Positions 1 through 10,180 of a DNA stretch of 64,000 nt are shown in pieces. Each line of letters opens with the position of its first letter. Within the stretch, counting starts at the first letter, position 1. Below the pieces are notes generated by a model that made no database searches, was not told where the DNA came from, and saw only the letters and a list, made by a program, of their open reading frames with translations. The DNA lies in the sequence record LR756501.1; one strand, written 5' to 3'. The translations under genes and the position numbers were made by a program.

Positions 1-551
1 TTCATTTGCTGTTTAATACCGTAAGGATTAGCTAATCTCAATATAACATATGGAATTCCAAAATTCCTGTGATATATTTCTAAATATCTTTCAGACGTTA
101 ATTTATGCGTTCCATATATAGATGTTGGGACTGTAGCGTATTCCTCATTAACCATAACATCAACCTTACCGTAAACTAATCTTGAACTAGTGAAGAAAAC
201 AAGAATATTAGGGTTTATTTTCTTAATACTTTCAAGTATGTTTAATGTGGAAACAGAATTAACGTCAGCGTCTTCATATACCATATTCAAACTATCAATA
301 TAACTAACTTGAGCAGCAAAATGAAAAACAACATCTATATCTTTAATTAGTTCATTCAATAATTCCTTATTTCTAACGTCTCCTTTAACAACTTTAATAT
401 TATCTTTATTAGCGTCGTGTAAATTAAATTCGTTACCCCCGTAAAGAGGATTCAAATTATCTATTATAGTAACTTTATTATCTGTGTTAGAAAGAATTGT
501 AGCTAGGTTTGAACCTATAAAACCTAAACCTCCTGTTATTAATACTCTCAT
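1..551 (-). CDS. NAD-dependent epimerase/dehydratase (SDR), partial, runs off window edge
   Basis: Manual translation MRVLITGGLGFIGSNLA (GxxGxxG), TSSRLVYG, YGTHK (YxxxK); absent from ORF track because it is open-ended. Confidence 0.9.
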   Translation of the reverse strand, partial: MRVLITGGLGFIGSNLATILSNTDNKVTIIDNLNPLYGGNEFNLHDANKDNIKVVKGDVRNKELLNELIKDIDVVFHFAAQVSYIDSLNMVYEDADVNSVSTLNILESIKKINPNILVFFTSSRLVYGKVDVMVNEEYATVPTSIYGTHKLTSERYLEIYHRNFGIPYVILRLANPYGIKQQM

Positions 552-565
552 TAAATTTCATTTTT

Positions 566-1246
566 TTATCCTGGTATATTATGTTGAATAAAAGGTAATA
601 TCGAAAAAATAGATACCGTCTTAATATCATATTTTAATTTCAAATTAGTTAAAACAGATTGATCTGCCCTGTTATCACCACAATATTCTACGTGATTTTC
701 GTTAATATTATTCTTGGTTAAAATATTTTCGTTTCTACAAAACATTAACCATTCCTCAACAAATTTAATAGTTTCATCAGTTTTCTTAAATCCTATAGCA
801 CCAGCCTCTAATTGATTGGCTTCCCAGTATTTAGGTTCGTCACACCCCATAAAAACGAAACAATCTTTAGTTGTCCAAGTTTTATTTGAATGAGTAGATT
901 GAACTAAAAAGAAGCCGTTGTTTTCTTCTATAATACTTAACAGAAAACCTTTTATGTTATGATGTAATATATCACCAACGTCCATATAAAAAAGAACGTC
1001 ACCGTATTCCATTTCCATTAATTTCTTGTGAATATAAAAAGGTTTCCAAAGACACCAACCAGCGTACCTTGTTTGGTCTAATATTCCCCTATTTTCTTCG
1101 TAAAATGGTTCTTTAATAAGAGTATCTCTATTATAAACAGTAACACTATCAAAAAATTTAACAGCACTATTTTTCGTTCTATTAGCTTCTCTTAAATATC
1201 TACTATCACCTTTATCATCGTAGTATGTTATAAAATTTGTAGTCAT
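566..1246 (-). CDS. putative nucleotide-diphospho-sugar transferase-like protein
   Basis: WCLWKP, YMDVGD and DQSVLT motifs resembling GT-A-like proteins; glycan-island context. Confidence 0.5.
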   Translation of the reverse strand: MTTNFITYYDDKGDSRYLREANRTKNSAVKFFDSVTVYNRDTLIKEPFYEENRGILDQTRYAGWCLWKPFYIHKKLMEMEYGDVLFYMDVGDILHHNIKGFLLSIIEENNGFFLVQSTHSNKTWTTKDCFVFMGCDEPKYWEANQLEAGAIGFKKTDETIKFVEEWLMFCRNENILTKNNINENHVEYCGDNRADQSVLTNLKLKYDIKTVSIFSILPFIQHNIPG

Positions 1247-1494
1247 TTCTTACCGTAGCTTTTTGTATCACCCTGTTTATAATTTTTGAATGATATTTTA
1301 CCTTTAGAAGCTTCAATCAACATTTCGTCTAACTCTTGTATTAAATCTGTTCTTTGCTGATTTAAGATATTTGTTTTTCTAGTGGCGTCAGCTATCTCAG
1401 CGTCATCTTTAGAGTCTCTTTTAATATCTTCGTATTTCCATATTTTGAGATTTACTATTGTGAGTTTGTCCACTAAATTTCCAAATGTTTCCAT
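1243..1494 (-). CDS. hypothetical coiled-coil protein (DUF4254-like)
   Basis: LVDKLTIVNLKIWKYED...LNQQRTDLIQELD pattern. Confidence 0.5.
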   Translation of the reverse strand: METFGNLVDKLTIVNLKIWKYEDIKRDSKDDAEIADATRKTNILNQQRTDLIQELDEMLIEASKGKISFKNYKQGDTKSYGKK

Positions 1495-1498
1495 CCAA

Positions 1499-2116
1499 TT
1501 AATCTTGTTTTTTAATATAAAAATCGTTCACAGCTAACCTCTGATCTTTAATGTAACCAAAACTGTTCATATAATCCTCTATATTCTTATCTTCATAATT
1601 GTTCTCAATTATAAATAATTTAGGTTGCCATTTATTAATATCAAACCCTTTTAAAACATCCAACTCTGTCCCCTCAGTATCTATACTTACAAAATCAATT
1701 GAATCATATTCATAATGATTTTCGATACAATAATCAAGAGTTCTTATATCACACGTAATAGGTATTATTTTTATATCAAATTGTGAATGCTCTTTTATTA
1801 ACCTATCATCAATCTTCAAACTACTAATGGCGTCTTCTATCTGATTATTTAAAACAACTATATTAAATGTGGCAAAATCCTCGTTATAATTAGATACAGC
1901 TAAATTTAAAGCGTTCTTTCTATTATTCTTTAAATTATTATAAAATTTAGGATTTGGCTCAACACACATGCAATACCAACCTTCCTGTTCAAAGTGTAAA
2001 GTATTATTGATAGATATACCATCAGTAGCTCCAACATCTATACAACCACCTATAAATCCATCTGGGAAGTATTTCTCTATAACCTTGTCCTCACCGTGCT
2101 GTCCGTAATAATTCAT
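1499..2116 (-). CDS. FkbM family SAM methyltransferase
   Basis: YYGQHGED, IDVGATDG, VEPNP, SIDTEGTELDVLKG. Confidence 0.9.
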   Translation of the reverse strand: MNYYGQHGEDKVIEKYFPDGFIGGCIDVGATDGISINNTLHFEQEGWYCMCVEPNPKFYNNLKNNRKNALNLAVSNYNEDFATFNIVVLNNQIEDAISSLKIDDRLIKEHSQFDIKIIPITCDIRTLDYCIENHYEYDSIDFVSIDTEGTELDVLKGFDINKWQPKLFIIENNYEDKNIEDYMNSFGYIKDQRLAVNDFYIKKQD

Positions 2117-2132
2117 TCTATATATTTATTTT

Positions 2133-2900
2133 TTAACTGGCGTAACAATATGTACAACAATGCCTACAAGTTTTAAATGTTCCTATATCAGCACTAGCAA
2201 TACAACCACACACTGGTCTCTGAGCCTTGTCCTTCTTCCTTGTTATCCATTTATTAGGACCACAAATCTGCTCAATTAACACTGGATCAATACATTTATT
2301 ATGTTCAATCCCATCTAAATCAATTACTTCAGCACAAGTTGCTAGTGTTAGTCCCCACACTTTATTAAGCTCTATAAGTTTTTGAGCTATAGATATTTTA
2401 GTTTGGTCGTCTATTTCTTGAAAATATTTAGCTAACTTTTTATATGGGTCTATATAACTAAAGACTAATTTATTAGTATATTGATATATTTGATCACCAA
2501 TATTTTTGATTCTTTTTATAATTTCTTCTTCACTTATATCGTCGTTAACTATAATAGGGTCGAATCTCCATATGACTTTTTCTTGTCCTATATCATTTGA
2601 TAAGTCTTTAAAAGTTTGTATTCTTTCTTCAAGTGACGGCACGTTAAGTTCGTACTCGGGATAATCGTTTAAAGTATATTGAAAATAATAATTAAAAGGT
2701 AGGTTCTTTATGTGTTTCATAAAGGGTCTTGGATTTTTAGTCCAGAAAACAGCGAAGTAAGTCTTATCAAAAGATACTTCGTAGCTCTGGTAAAAATTAG
2801 AAAGATCAATTTTACCATCTTTTAATTTTTGCATGAACCATTCTCCTCTAAAGGCTGGTATATCTTCTCTTCTACTTACTGATATTATGTTTGGTTCCAT
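2133..2900 (-). CDS. DUF1848 family protein (radical-SAM-like)
   Basis: IISVSRREDIPAF, VFWTKNP, WRFDPI, C-terminal CGC...DIG..TCRHCCTYCYA. Confidence 0.8.
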   Translation of the reverse strand: MEPNIISVSRREDIPAFRGEWFMQKLKDGKIDLSNFYQSYEVSFDKTYFAVFWTKNPRPFMKHIKNLPFNYYFQYTLNDYPEYELNVPSLEERIQTFKDLSNDIGQEKVIWRFDPIIVNDDISEEEIIKRIKNIGDQIYQYTNKLVFSYIDPYKKLAKYFQEIDDQTKISIAQKLIELNKVWGLTLATCAEVIDLDGIEHNKCIDPVLIEQICGPNKWITRKKDKAQRPVCGCIASADIGTFKTCRHCCTYCYAS

Positions 2901-3910
2901 TATATGTTTGTTATCCTGAATTTTCTTTTGTACATTTCTAAATCATCTATATAAACATTATATTTAAGTTTATCATTTTTATCGTAACATTTTATAGTAA
3001 ATTTATCTGATTTTATTTCTATTGGAAAAGATTTCCATTGCTCTTTATTTAAAGAAGTTTCGTATTTAGATACTTCTTTATTATCGTATTCTATATAAAT
3101 TGTCCATTTATTTTTCATATTATAATCCCAACAAAATAAGTGAGGCACTTCCCCTTTATAAAATATACCAACGTCTTCGTTATAAGCCGCGCTTTTAAGT
3201 CTTTTCGATAAATCTGATCTATCCTCACTAACAAAAGTGTGACCACAATGAGTAACGTGTTTAATTATTAAATTATCAGCGTTTCTACGAACCTGATAAT
3301 TCATATAAAGATCGTAATGGCAATATAAACCCAACATCTTTAAATCAAATAAAAACTCGTCCTTACTATTCATATTAATAAAGAAATTATCTAAAAACCA
3401 CCTAATATCCACGTACCAATAAAAACAACTAGCACAGAAAGTGTGTATTTCAAAATAACCCTTTTTATTTTCTGATTTTACTAATTCAGATATTTTCTTT
3501 AATTCAATTAATTCGTTCTCATATACGTCAAAGTCAGCAGTAAAATAATAAGAATGTGTATATCCTAATTCATTAGCCAACTTATAAACATTATAAACAG
3601 CCTTACAAAAAGTATATGAAATATCATCGACGACAAAAAGAAAAGGACTTACTTGCGTGTTTCCATCTATAAACCTTTTATCAGTATGCAACGATATTTT
3701 GTCGTGAAAAATATCGTCGAAATTAACTAATTGATCGTCACCATCGTATAGAAAATATTTAACTTTTTTCTGTACTTCTGTTGGTATAGGAGAATGACTA
3801 ACAAGTATTATATCCAATCCCATTTTAGAAATAGAATCTATGCATCGATTAAGTATATACTCGTCTGTATAATCTTGAACAAAATATTGTAGAATAACGC
3901 ATTCTTTCAT
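2900..3910 (-). CDS. hypothetical protein (glycan island)
   Basis: 336-aa ORF, co-oriented and overlapping neighbours. Confidence 0.55.
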   Translation of the reverse strand: MKECVILQYFVQDYTDEYILNRCIDSISKMGLDIILVSHSPIPTEVQKKVKYFLYDGDDQLVNFDDIFHDKISLHTDKRFIDGNTQVSPFLFVVDDISYTFCKAVYNVYKLANELGYTHSYYFTADFDVYENELIELKKISELVKSENKKGYFEIHTFCASCFYWYVDIRWFLDNFFINMNSKDEFLFDLKMLGLYCHYDLYMNYQVRRNADNLIIKHVTHCGHTFVSEDRSDLSKRLKSAAYNEDVGIFYKGEVPHLFCWDYNMKNKWTIYIEYDNKEVSKYETSLNKEQWKSFPIEIKSDKFTIKCYDKNDKLKYNVYIDDLEMYKRKFRITNI

Positions 3911-3925
3911 CGTCTATTTTAATTT

Positions 3926-4084
3926 TTATTCCCAGTAAAATCCAGGACAACCTTCCTCTTCTTTCATATAATTCCAATCATCGTCCCAATAATAATGTGC
4001 TTCATTACAATTAGGACAATCCCCAGAATCATATTCGTCCACTTCAAATATGTGATGGCATTTTGGACATTCTATTTTACTCAT
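3926..4084 (-). CDS. small zinc-ribbon protein (52 aa, not in ORF track)
   Basis: Manual translation MSKIECPKCHHIFEVDEYDSGDCPNCNEAHYYWDDDW...; two CxxC; ATGA overlap with upstream ORF stop. Confidence 0.65.
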   Translation of the reverse strand: MSKIECPKCHHIFEVDEYDSGDCPNCNEAHYYWDDDWNYMKEEEGCPGFYWE

Positions 4085-4269
4085 TTGTTATATTTAATTT
4101 CGTCTTCTTCACTAAAATACATAGCCACACCGTCTTTAAATATTCCTATAATCTGGTAATTTTCGTCTGTTATAAGTTCTTTTTTTACAGATGGTCCGTA
4201 ACCTACGATATCTCTATCTCCTATTTGTTCCAATAATCTTTTAACTATTGGTAATTGTTCATTTTCCAT
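4081..4269 (-). CDS. hypothetical protein
   Basis: 62-aa ORF coupled to neighbours. Confidence 0.5.
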   Translation of the reverse strand: MENEQLPIVKRLLEQIGDRDIVGYGPSVKKELITDENYQIIGIFKDGVAMYFSEEDEIKYNK

Positions 4270-5485
4270 AACTCACCACTTCAAATTTTGGGCAAGGAAC
4301 AATAAATTTTCCACCGCCTATCAAATAATCTTTTTCTCTTTCTTTAAACTCGTTAATGAAATGCCAAGGTAGAATAAGTAAATAATCAGGTTTAGCGTGT
4401 CTCATTTCTTCTTCCGAATAAATTGGTATATTAGTGCCACTTGTCTTTAATCCCCATTTATAAGTGCTTCTTTCAGCTATTCCATCTATTAAAGTTTCAT
4501 CTAAACCAAAATATTGTAGAGTAGTGTTACCTTTTGTACTTGCTCCGTAACCCCAAACAGTTTTACCGTTGGCTTTAGCTTCTTTAATGAAGCTAATAGT
4601 TTGTGTTTTCAACTCATTTATTCTATTAAAGAAATCTGACCAAGTTTCCTCACTATCTAATTTCAAAGTCTTCTCGTATTCTAATAAAGAGTCAACTCTA
4701 AAATTAGCAACGTCTCTATAAGGTTGTGTGTAAAAATTATTCTCTTGTCCTTTTTTCTTTATAAAGACTCTGAAACTACCACCATTAATATCATTTAAGG
4801 TACAATCAACTACACTAAAACCGTTACGTTCAAGTATCTTTTTAATATTAAAAAGTGAGTAATAATAGATATGTTCGTGACAAATATTATCAAAAGCTAA
4901 TTGTTTAATCATCAGTGGAGTATAACTCATTTGCATAACTAGTAAACCATCGTCGTCCAGAACTTTATAAACGTCTTGTAGAAAAGGATCTGGTTTATCT
5001 AAATCATAAAACATCGCTATAATAGATATAACTTTGGCTTTCATTTTACCAAATTTAGATTTACTATAACTATCGTAATTGAAATAATCTTGAACTATAC
5101 AGTCTGCTTTCTTTTCAGATTCTTCTTTATAAGAATCGTCACAAGGATCAACTCCTACTTTGATTATATTCTTTGGCATGAATTCAAACATCGTGCCGTC
5201 GTTACAAGCTATATCTAGCCAAATATCATTTTCTTTTAATTTATGAACCTTTAATATAGATTCTACTACATTTTTAAGTTCGTCACGCATTGTTTGATTG
5301 ATACCACTTCTGTACCAGTATTTACCGTACATTGCGTCCATTGGAGCTGGTTTTTCTAATCTAACAGCACCAGTTTCTTCTTCCAGCATTAATTTAAGTT
5401 CGTGAGGTTTAGTAAAAAATTTAAGACTATTTGAAGGAATAAAGTCTGATACGTTTAACTTACCAAGCGTAAAAAGTTCTTTCAT
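4259..5485 (-). CDS. NDP-hexose C-methyltransferase-like protein (Methyltransf_13/14 type)
   Basis: YWYRSGINQTM, LDIACNDGT, FDNICHEHIYYY, NGGS, GYGASTKGNT, YLLILPWHF. Confidence 0.85.
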   Translation of the reverse strand: MKELFTLGKLNVSDFIPSNSLKFFTKPHELKLMLEEETGAVRLEKPAPMDAMYGKYWYRSGINQTMRDELKNVVESILKVHKLKENDIWLDIACNDGTMFEFMPKNIIKVGVDPCDDSYKEESEKKADCIVQDYFNYDSYSKSKFGKMKAKVISIIAMFYDLDKPDPFLQDVYKVLDDDGLLVMQMSYTPLMIKQLAFDNICHEHIYYYSLFNIKKILERNGFSVVDCTLNDINGGSFRVFIKKKGQENNFYTQPYRDVANFRVDSLLEYEKTLKLDSEETWSDFFNRINELKTQTISFIKEAKANGKTVWGYGASTKGNTTLQYFGLDETLIDGIAERSTYKWGLKTSGTNIPIYSEEEMRHAKPDYLLILPWHFINEFKEREKDYLIGGGKFIVPCPKFEVVSYGK

Positions 5486-5532
5486 CGTTATATGATTGTT
5501 TTTTAGAATATACTAGAAAAAGAAAGGTTTGT

Positions 5533-6138
5533 TTAGGAATTGAATTTAAAATTTATCCTTTTACCACTATTTGTTCCAGTGTGTGGAAACGTTGCCACGT
5601 AGTTATATCTGATTACACAAGAAGGCCACACTATCGTTGATTTACCCATTCTTTGTTCTCTTGTTGTAGATACATTCCTATTATTATCTTCTATCACAAA
5701 AGTACAAGGTAAATCGTAACCATCTACAAATCTTACAGCTTCGTAAAAATGCCCTTCGTCCTCTGCTCCGTCACCCAAGAAACACCAAACTTTTTGATCT
5801 GAATTTTTCATCTTTAAACCGTAAGCTATACCTGCTGCTATACAAGGACCACCAGCTACAATAGAAGTAGATAAGAAATTTAACTCTTTGTCGAAAATAA
5901 ACATACTCTTACCCCTTTTAATATCTTCTTTTAATTTAACTGGATCACCACCAGAAAGTAAATAATGATAATGAGTTCTATGAGTTGATATTTTATAATC
6001 AGTCTCTTTGATGTTTTTAAATATATTTATTAATTCATCTTCGTTTCCACCGCATATATGTAAAAGATAAGGTACGTCGCCGTTCTCAAACATTTCTATG
6101 ACTTCATTTTCGAAATTAATTAGATCTTCTTTATTCAT
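5533..6138 (-). CDS. TPP-dependent enzyme, E1-alpha-like subunit
   Basis: LHICGGNE, STHRTHYH, GDGAEDEG...NN TPP motif; start moved to MNKEDL to avoid overlap. Confidence 0.85.
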   Translation of the reverse strand: MNKEDLINFENEVIEMFENGDVPYLLHICGGNEDELINIFKNIKETDYKISTHRTHYHYLLSGGDPVKLKEDIKRGKSMFIFDKELNFLSTSIVAGGPCIAAGIAYGLKMKNSDQKVWCFLGDGAEDEGHFYEAVRFVDGYDLPCTFVIEDNNRNVSTTREQRMGKSTIVWPSCVIRYNYVATFPHTGTNSGKRINFKFNS

Positions 6139-6151
6139 ATTTATATTTATT

Positions 6152-7204
6152 TTATACAAAATTATCACCGTAAACATTTATTAAATCCCTTATAATAATG
6201 TTTTTATTATCGTTCGAACATTGATGATTACAATGAACTACAGGATCAAATGTTTTAAAATATTCATTTATTTCTTTACTAAACCACATATCTTTAAAAG
6301 ACTGATTATTTATATTCCCTATTACACCGTCCTCCGAATAAGCTTTATTGTGGCAATTATAAACAATTCCGTCCGCACCAATTACAGGTATTATCTGCAT
6401 AACGTAACATTTATGATAAGATCTTTTAGTGGCATCTGGTGTTATTTTATAACTATCATATATCATATAACTATCTTCTTGTAAATCATTTCTTGCTCTA
6501 TCTATTGAGTTAAGCACCACGTCTTTAATATCTTTATGGTACTCCATAAAGTCAGGTGTCCACATAGGAGATAGTCTTATATTATCTATTCCAAGATTTT
6601 TAAAGAACTCACAGGCTTCGTATATAGTGTCGTGATTTATTTTTGTTATTATATAATTTAATGTTATCTCACATTCTTTCTTTTTATTTTTAACAAAGTC
6701 TTTTATATTTTCCACAATTTCAAAAAAGAATTTCTCTTTTATTCCTCTTGATTCACTAAACAATTTACTATTAAAATAATCAACTGATACTCTTACCCAT
6801 TTACTATCGTAAAATTCTTCAGCTATTTCACCTTTTAATAATTGTCCGTTTGTTATAATAGATAAATCAATTCCATTTTCTTTTGTCTTTCTTATTATAT
6901 CTAATATATTTGGGTGCATTAGTGGTTCACCACCACCCGAGTAAGTTATAGCCTTAACTCCCATATCTTTAAAATCGTCAAGGATTTCAAACATTTTATC
7001 CTTACTTAATATATCTTTCTTATCCATTGTTTCGTGCATATTAGAAAAATCACTATTATATACACAAAAGAAACATTTATGGCAACATCTATTTATAGGT
7101 TTTACTCTTACATATATAGGTGGTTTCACTATATCATCTTTCATTGAGAATAATTTCTCGGGAAACCAAACTATTTTCTTATCGTCGTATTTATTAGAAG
7201 TCAC
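6152..7204 (-). CDS. radical SAM/SPASM domain protein
   Basis: CCHKCFFC (CxxxCxxC), SGGGEP, C-terminal Cys-rich SPASM-like segment. Confidence 0.9.
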   Translation of the reverse strand: MTSNKYDDKKIVWFPEKLFSMKDDIVKPPIYVRVKPINRCCHKCFFCVYNSDFSNMHETMDKKDILSKDKMFEILDDFKDMGVKAITYSGGGEPLMHPNILDIIRKTKENGIDLSIITNGQLLKGEIAEEFYDSKWVRVSVDYFNSKLFSESRGIKEKFFFEIVENIKDFVKNKKKECEITLNYIITKINHDTIYEACEFFKNLGIDNIRLSPMWTPDFMEYHKDIKDVVLNSIDRARNDLQEDSYMIYDSYKITPDATKRSYHKCYVMQIIPVIGADGIVYNCHNKAYSEDGVIGNINNQSFKDMWFSKEINEYFKTFDPVVHCNHQCSNDNKNIIIRDLINVYGDNFV

Positions 7205-7220
7205 ATCGTATTATTATTTT

Positions 7221-7751
7221 TTAGAATTCAATATCATATAAATCTAACTCTTCTACTATCATAACACTATCGTTATAACTAGATGCCATTTTGTAACAAT
7301 CAATTAATTCACTTGCTGTTCTAGGTCTTAAAATAGGAAAAGATACTAATTCTTTCATAGCTTCTGTGAAGTCTTGTGTATGAGTAGGGCCAGTTAAAAA
7401 TGGTGATAATCTTCTACCTATACAAGTTCTTATTATAACTTTTGGTTTATATTGGTTTTCTGATATGATTTTAAATTTATCAAGGTGATTAACGATAGCG
7501 TCTAAAGCGTTTAGGATGAAATCGAATCTTTCCACGAATAAAACTGGTTTATATCCTTCTATGGATAAACCCACTGATAATCCAGCCATTAGATTTTCGG
7601 CTAAAGGAGTTTCTATAAGTTGTTCTGTATTTATTGTAGATAGTGTGCCACCAGCTTTACCACCGTATTTGATACCGTAACCAAGGAACAATGTTTTGTT
7701 GTCTTTGGCTAGTAATTCCATTGATTCTATAATTGCTTGTTTATATTTCAT
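7221..7751 (-). CDS. TPP-dependent enzyme, E1-beta/transketolase pyrimidine-binding subunit
   Basis: IETPLAENLMAGLSVGLSIEGYKPV, GPTHTQD. Confidence 0.85.
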   Translation of the reverse strand: MKYKQAIIESMELLAKDNKTLFLGYGIKYGGKAGGTLSTINTEQLIETPLAENLMAGLSVGLSIEGYKPVLFVERFDFILNALDAIVNHLDKFKIISENQYKPKVIIRTCIGRRLSPFLTGPTHTQDFTEAMKELVSFPILRPRTASELIDCYKMASSYNDSVMIVEELDLYDIEF

Positions 7752-8398
7752 AATATAATATATTCGTTTTTATTACTATAATGAGGTATTTCGTTACTTG
7801 GGTTCCATCTTGAGGATCTGTGAACGAAAACCTTTTTTCCTTTAATAACTGAGTCAATCATAAATAGAAAACTACTTTCTATACAATGTATCTCATCAGC
7901 TTTTTCTATTAACGTTAAATAATCAAATATGTTTTCTGTTAAACCAATTCTAGGTGAAACGGAATTAATTTTGTATTGACTCGGTATAGGAAATCTATTA
8001 TCATCGTGTATAAAATTATAATTACCAGTTATATTATATTCGTTATAAATTGTTTTTTCTTTTTCTATATCTCTTTCTATTTTAAATAGATCCCACCTAT
8101 TTTCAAACGGTAAACCAATTTCTTCGTAAAATCCTTTATCAAAAGTATTACCACCGTAAAATAGCTTATCAAATCCAATCTTTAAAACATTTTCTGTATA
8201 TTTCTCAGCGTCTTGATCGTAGCCCTCTATTAAATTAACGTTCTTTAAATCTCTGTACATGAAACTCACACTCTTGTAATTATGAGGTTTTACAAAATTA
8301 TGTACCACGTCATATTCATTAGCGTAATGTCTGACGATGCCATGGCAAATTAAATGGTCACCTAGTCCCATATGATGATAGATGTAAAGTTCTCTCAT
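7748..8398 (-). CDS. hypothetical protein, possible glycosyltransferase
   Basis: HHMGLGDHLIC N-terminus, IHCIESSF C-terminus, GT-B-like pattern. Confidence 0.45.
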   Translation of the reverse strand: MRELYIYHHMGLGDHLICHGIVRHYANEYDVVHNFVKPHNYKSVSFMYRDLKNVNLIEGYDQDAEKYTENVLKIGFDKLFYGGNTFDKGFYEEIGLPFENRWDLFKIERDIEKEKTIYNEYNITGNYNFIHDDNRFPIPSQYKINSVSPRIGLTENIFDYLTLIEKADEIHCIESSFLFMIDSVIKGKKVFVHRSSRWNPSNEIPHYSNKNEYIIL

Positions 8399-8952
8399 AG
8401 ATTATTATTGATTAATATACCTAAACCGTTAGAATTAGGATAATTATAAAATTCTAAATTATATTTATTAGATAAATCTTCACATACTTTATAAACTTCA
8501 GCGAAAGATATAGTGTCGTGAAATATAGTAACTCTGGAATGTTGAGTACACCACTCTCCACATTTATAAGTGTGATCGTAATTATGAACAATATCAACGT
8601 GTATTAAATCATAAATATCATTATTATCTTTTATAAAATCTTGATAATCAGATTCAATGAGTTGAATATTTTTATAATCCTTTAATAGATCTTTAGTTTT
8701 TTCGTAATGATTTTCTTTGAGGTAAGAGTTAACGTCACCAGTGAATGTATCAACACCCGTAACTGTTTCGAAGTAATTAGATATAGCTGACGTAGAGTAC
8801 CCCCACTCGACACCGAATTCTAGAGCTTTATTTTGTTTAATATTGAATCTATCAATAATATCTTTAAGTATAGTTGGTATGTCGCACCAGGCTGATGGCA
8901 TATCAGTCATTACTCTTGGATTTTCTCTTTTTGTAGGTATATAAGTTATCAT
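8395..8952 (-). CDS. class I SAM methyltransferase (Methyltransf_24-like)
   Basis: LEFGVEWGYS, DLIHVDIVHNY, IFHD. Confidence 0.8.
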   Translation of the reverse strand: MITYIPTKRENPRVMTDMPSAWCDIPTILKDIIDRFNIKQNKALEFGVEWGYSTSAISNYFETVTGVDTFTGDVNSYLKENHYEKTKDLLKDYKNIQLIESDYQDFIKDNNDIYDLIHVDIVHNYDHTYKCGEWCTQHSRVTIFHDTISFAEVYKVCEDLSNKYNLEFYNYPNSNGLGILINNNL

Positions 8953-8956
8953 ATTA

Positions 8957-10180
8957 TTAAATTATTTTTATTTCAGGTAAGAGGATAATATATTTTCCTT
9001 TATATCCGTATTCGTTTAATGATTTCATTATGTAATCAGCAAAATTATGTGCTAGTATGAGTATGTAGTCTATATCGTAGAATTTGACTATCGATCTATC
9101 TATTATTTTAATTCCCGTTCCTGGTATATATTTATTCTGTTTTAAAACTGTATCATCTATAACATATTGAATATCATTATAATCTAAATTTAAAGTATTT
9201 AAGAAAATGCAACCTTTGGCTGCGGCACCAAAACCAAATAGATTACCGTCAAGATTTTTCAGAACCTTTCTACATTTATCTAAATGTTCTTCAACTTTAA
9301 TATACCAATTCTTGTAGTAATCTACGTCATATTTCTTTTCCTTTTCTAAATATGGTTGAATGGTATGATCTGGTTCTCTTTTTGATTCTTTTTTAGCTAT
9401 TATCAATCTTAAAGAACCACCGTGTATAAAGTGTTCAGATATATTAATTATCTTCAATTTGTTATTTTCGAAGAATTGTTTAAGTGGTGTAACTAAATAA
9501 TAATAAATGTGTTCGTGATAAACTTGATCAAATTGATCAGTCTCCATAGTATATGCCCAGTAGGGAAACTCTAAACACCAAATGCCTTCGTCATCTAATA
9601 AATTTGTAATACCTTTTACGAAACTTTTTATATCGTACAGGTGTTGAAATACATTAGTAGATATTATTAATTTCGCTTTCTTATCAATATTCTTGTATGT
9701 ATTTTCGCCAAAATATTCAACTCTGGTGTTAATACCTTTATTCATAGATATAAGTGATATATTCTTAGCCGGGTCTATATTTATCTTTTCGCAAATAGGT
9801 AAATTCATTTCTTTACTTATTTCGTTGAATGCTAATAATAAAGTACCGTCGTTTCCACCAATATCTATACATAAATCGTCTTTTTTAATATTTATGAAAT
9901 CTTGTAGATATAAATACATTTTTTTACAATGAAAGAAATACGGTTTATTTGTACTTGATCTGAATGTGTAGTTCTCAAACATTTCATCTGGATCTATAAC
10001 AACATCAAGTACGCTAAGATTTGATTCTTCAAATAAAGAAACTGATAGTGGATATCTCTTGACGTCCAAAGATTGTTCAAATGTATCAGTTAAATTATTA
10101 ACCAACGGCATTTCTCCAAGGTCAAAATATTTTAACTTTTTCGTGGTATTAGTTATAGGGCATATATTATTATTTATCAT
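8957..10180 (-). CDS. NDP-hexose C-methyltransferase-like protein, second paralog
   Basis: DLGEMPLVN, IDIGGNDGTLL, FDQVYHEHIYYY, HGGS, FGAAAKG. Confidence 0.85.
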   Translation of the reverse strand: MINNNICPITNTTKKLKYFDLGEMPLVNNLTDTFEQSLDVKRYPLSVSLFEESNLSVLDVVIDPDEMFENYTFRSSTNKPYFFHCKKMYLYLQDFINIKKDDLCIDIGGNDGTLLLAFNEISKEMNLPICEKINIDPAKNISLISMNKGINTRVEYFGENTYKNIDKKAKLIISTNVFQHLYDIKSFVKGITNLLDDEGIWCLEFPYWAYTMETDQFDQVYHEHIYYYLVTPLKQFFENNKLKIINISEHFIHGGSLRLIIAKKESKREPDHTIQPYLEKEKKYDVDYYKNWYIKVEEHLDKCRKVLKNLDGNLFGFGAAAKGCIFLNTLNLDYNDIQYVIDDTVLKQNKYIPGTGIKIIDRSIVKFYDIDYILILAHNFADYIMKSLNEYGYKGKYIILLPEIKII

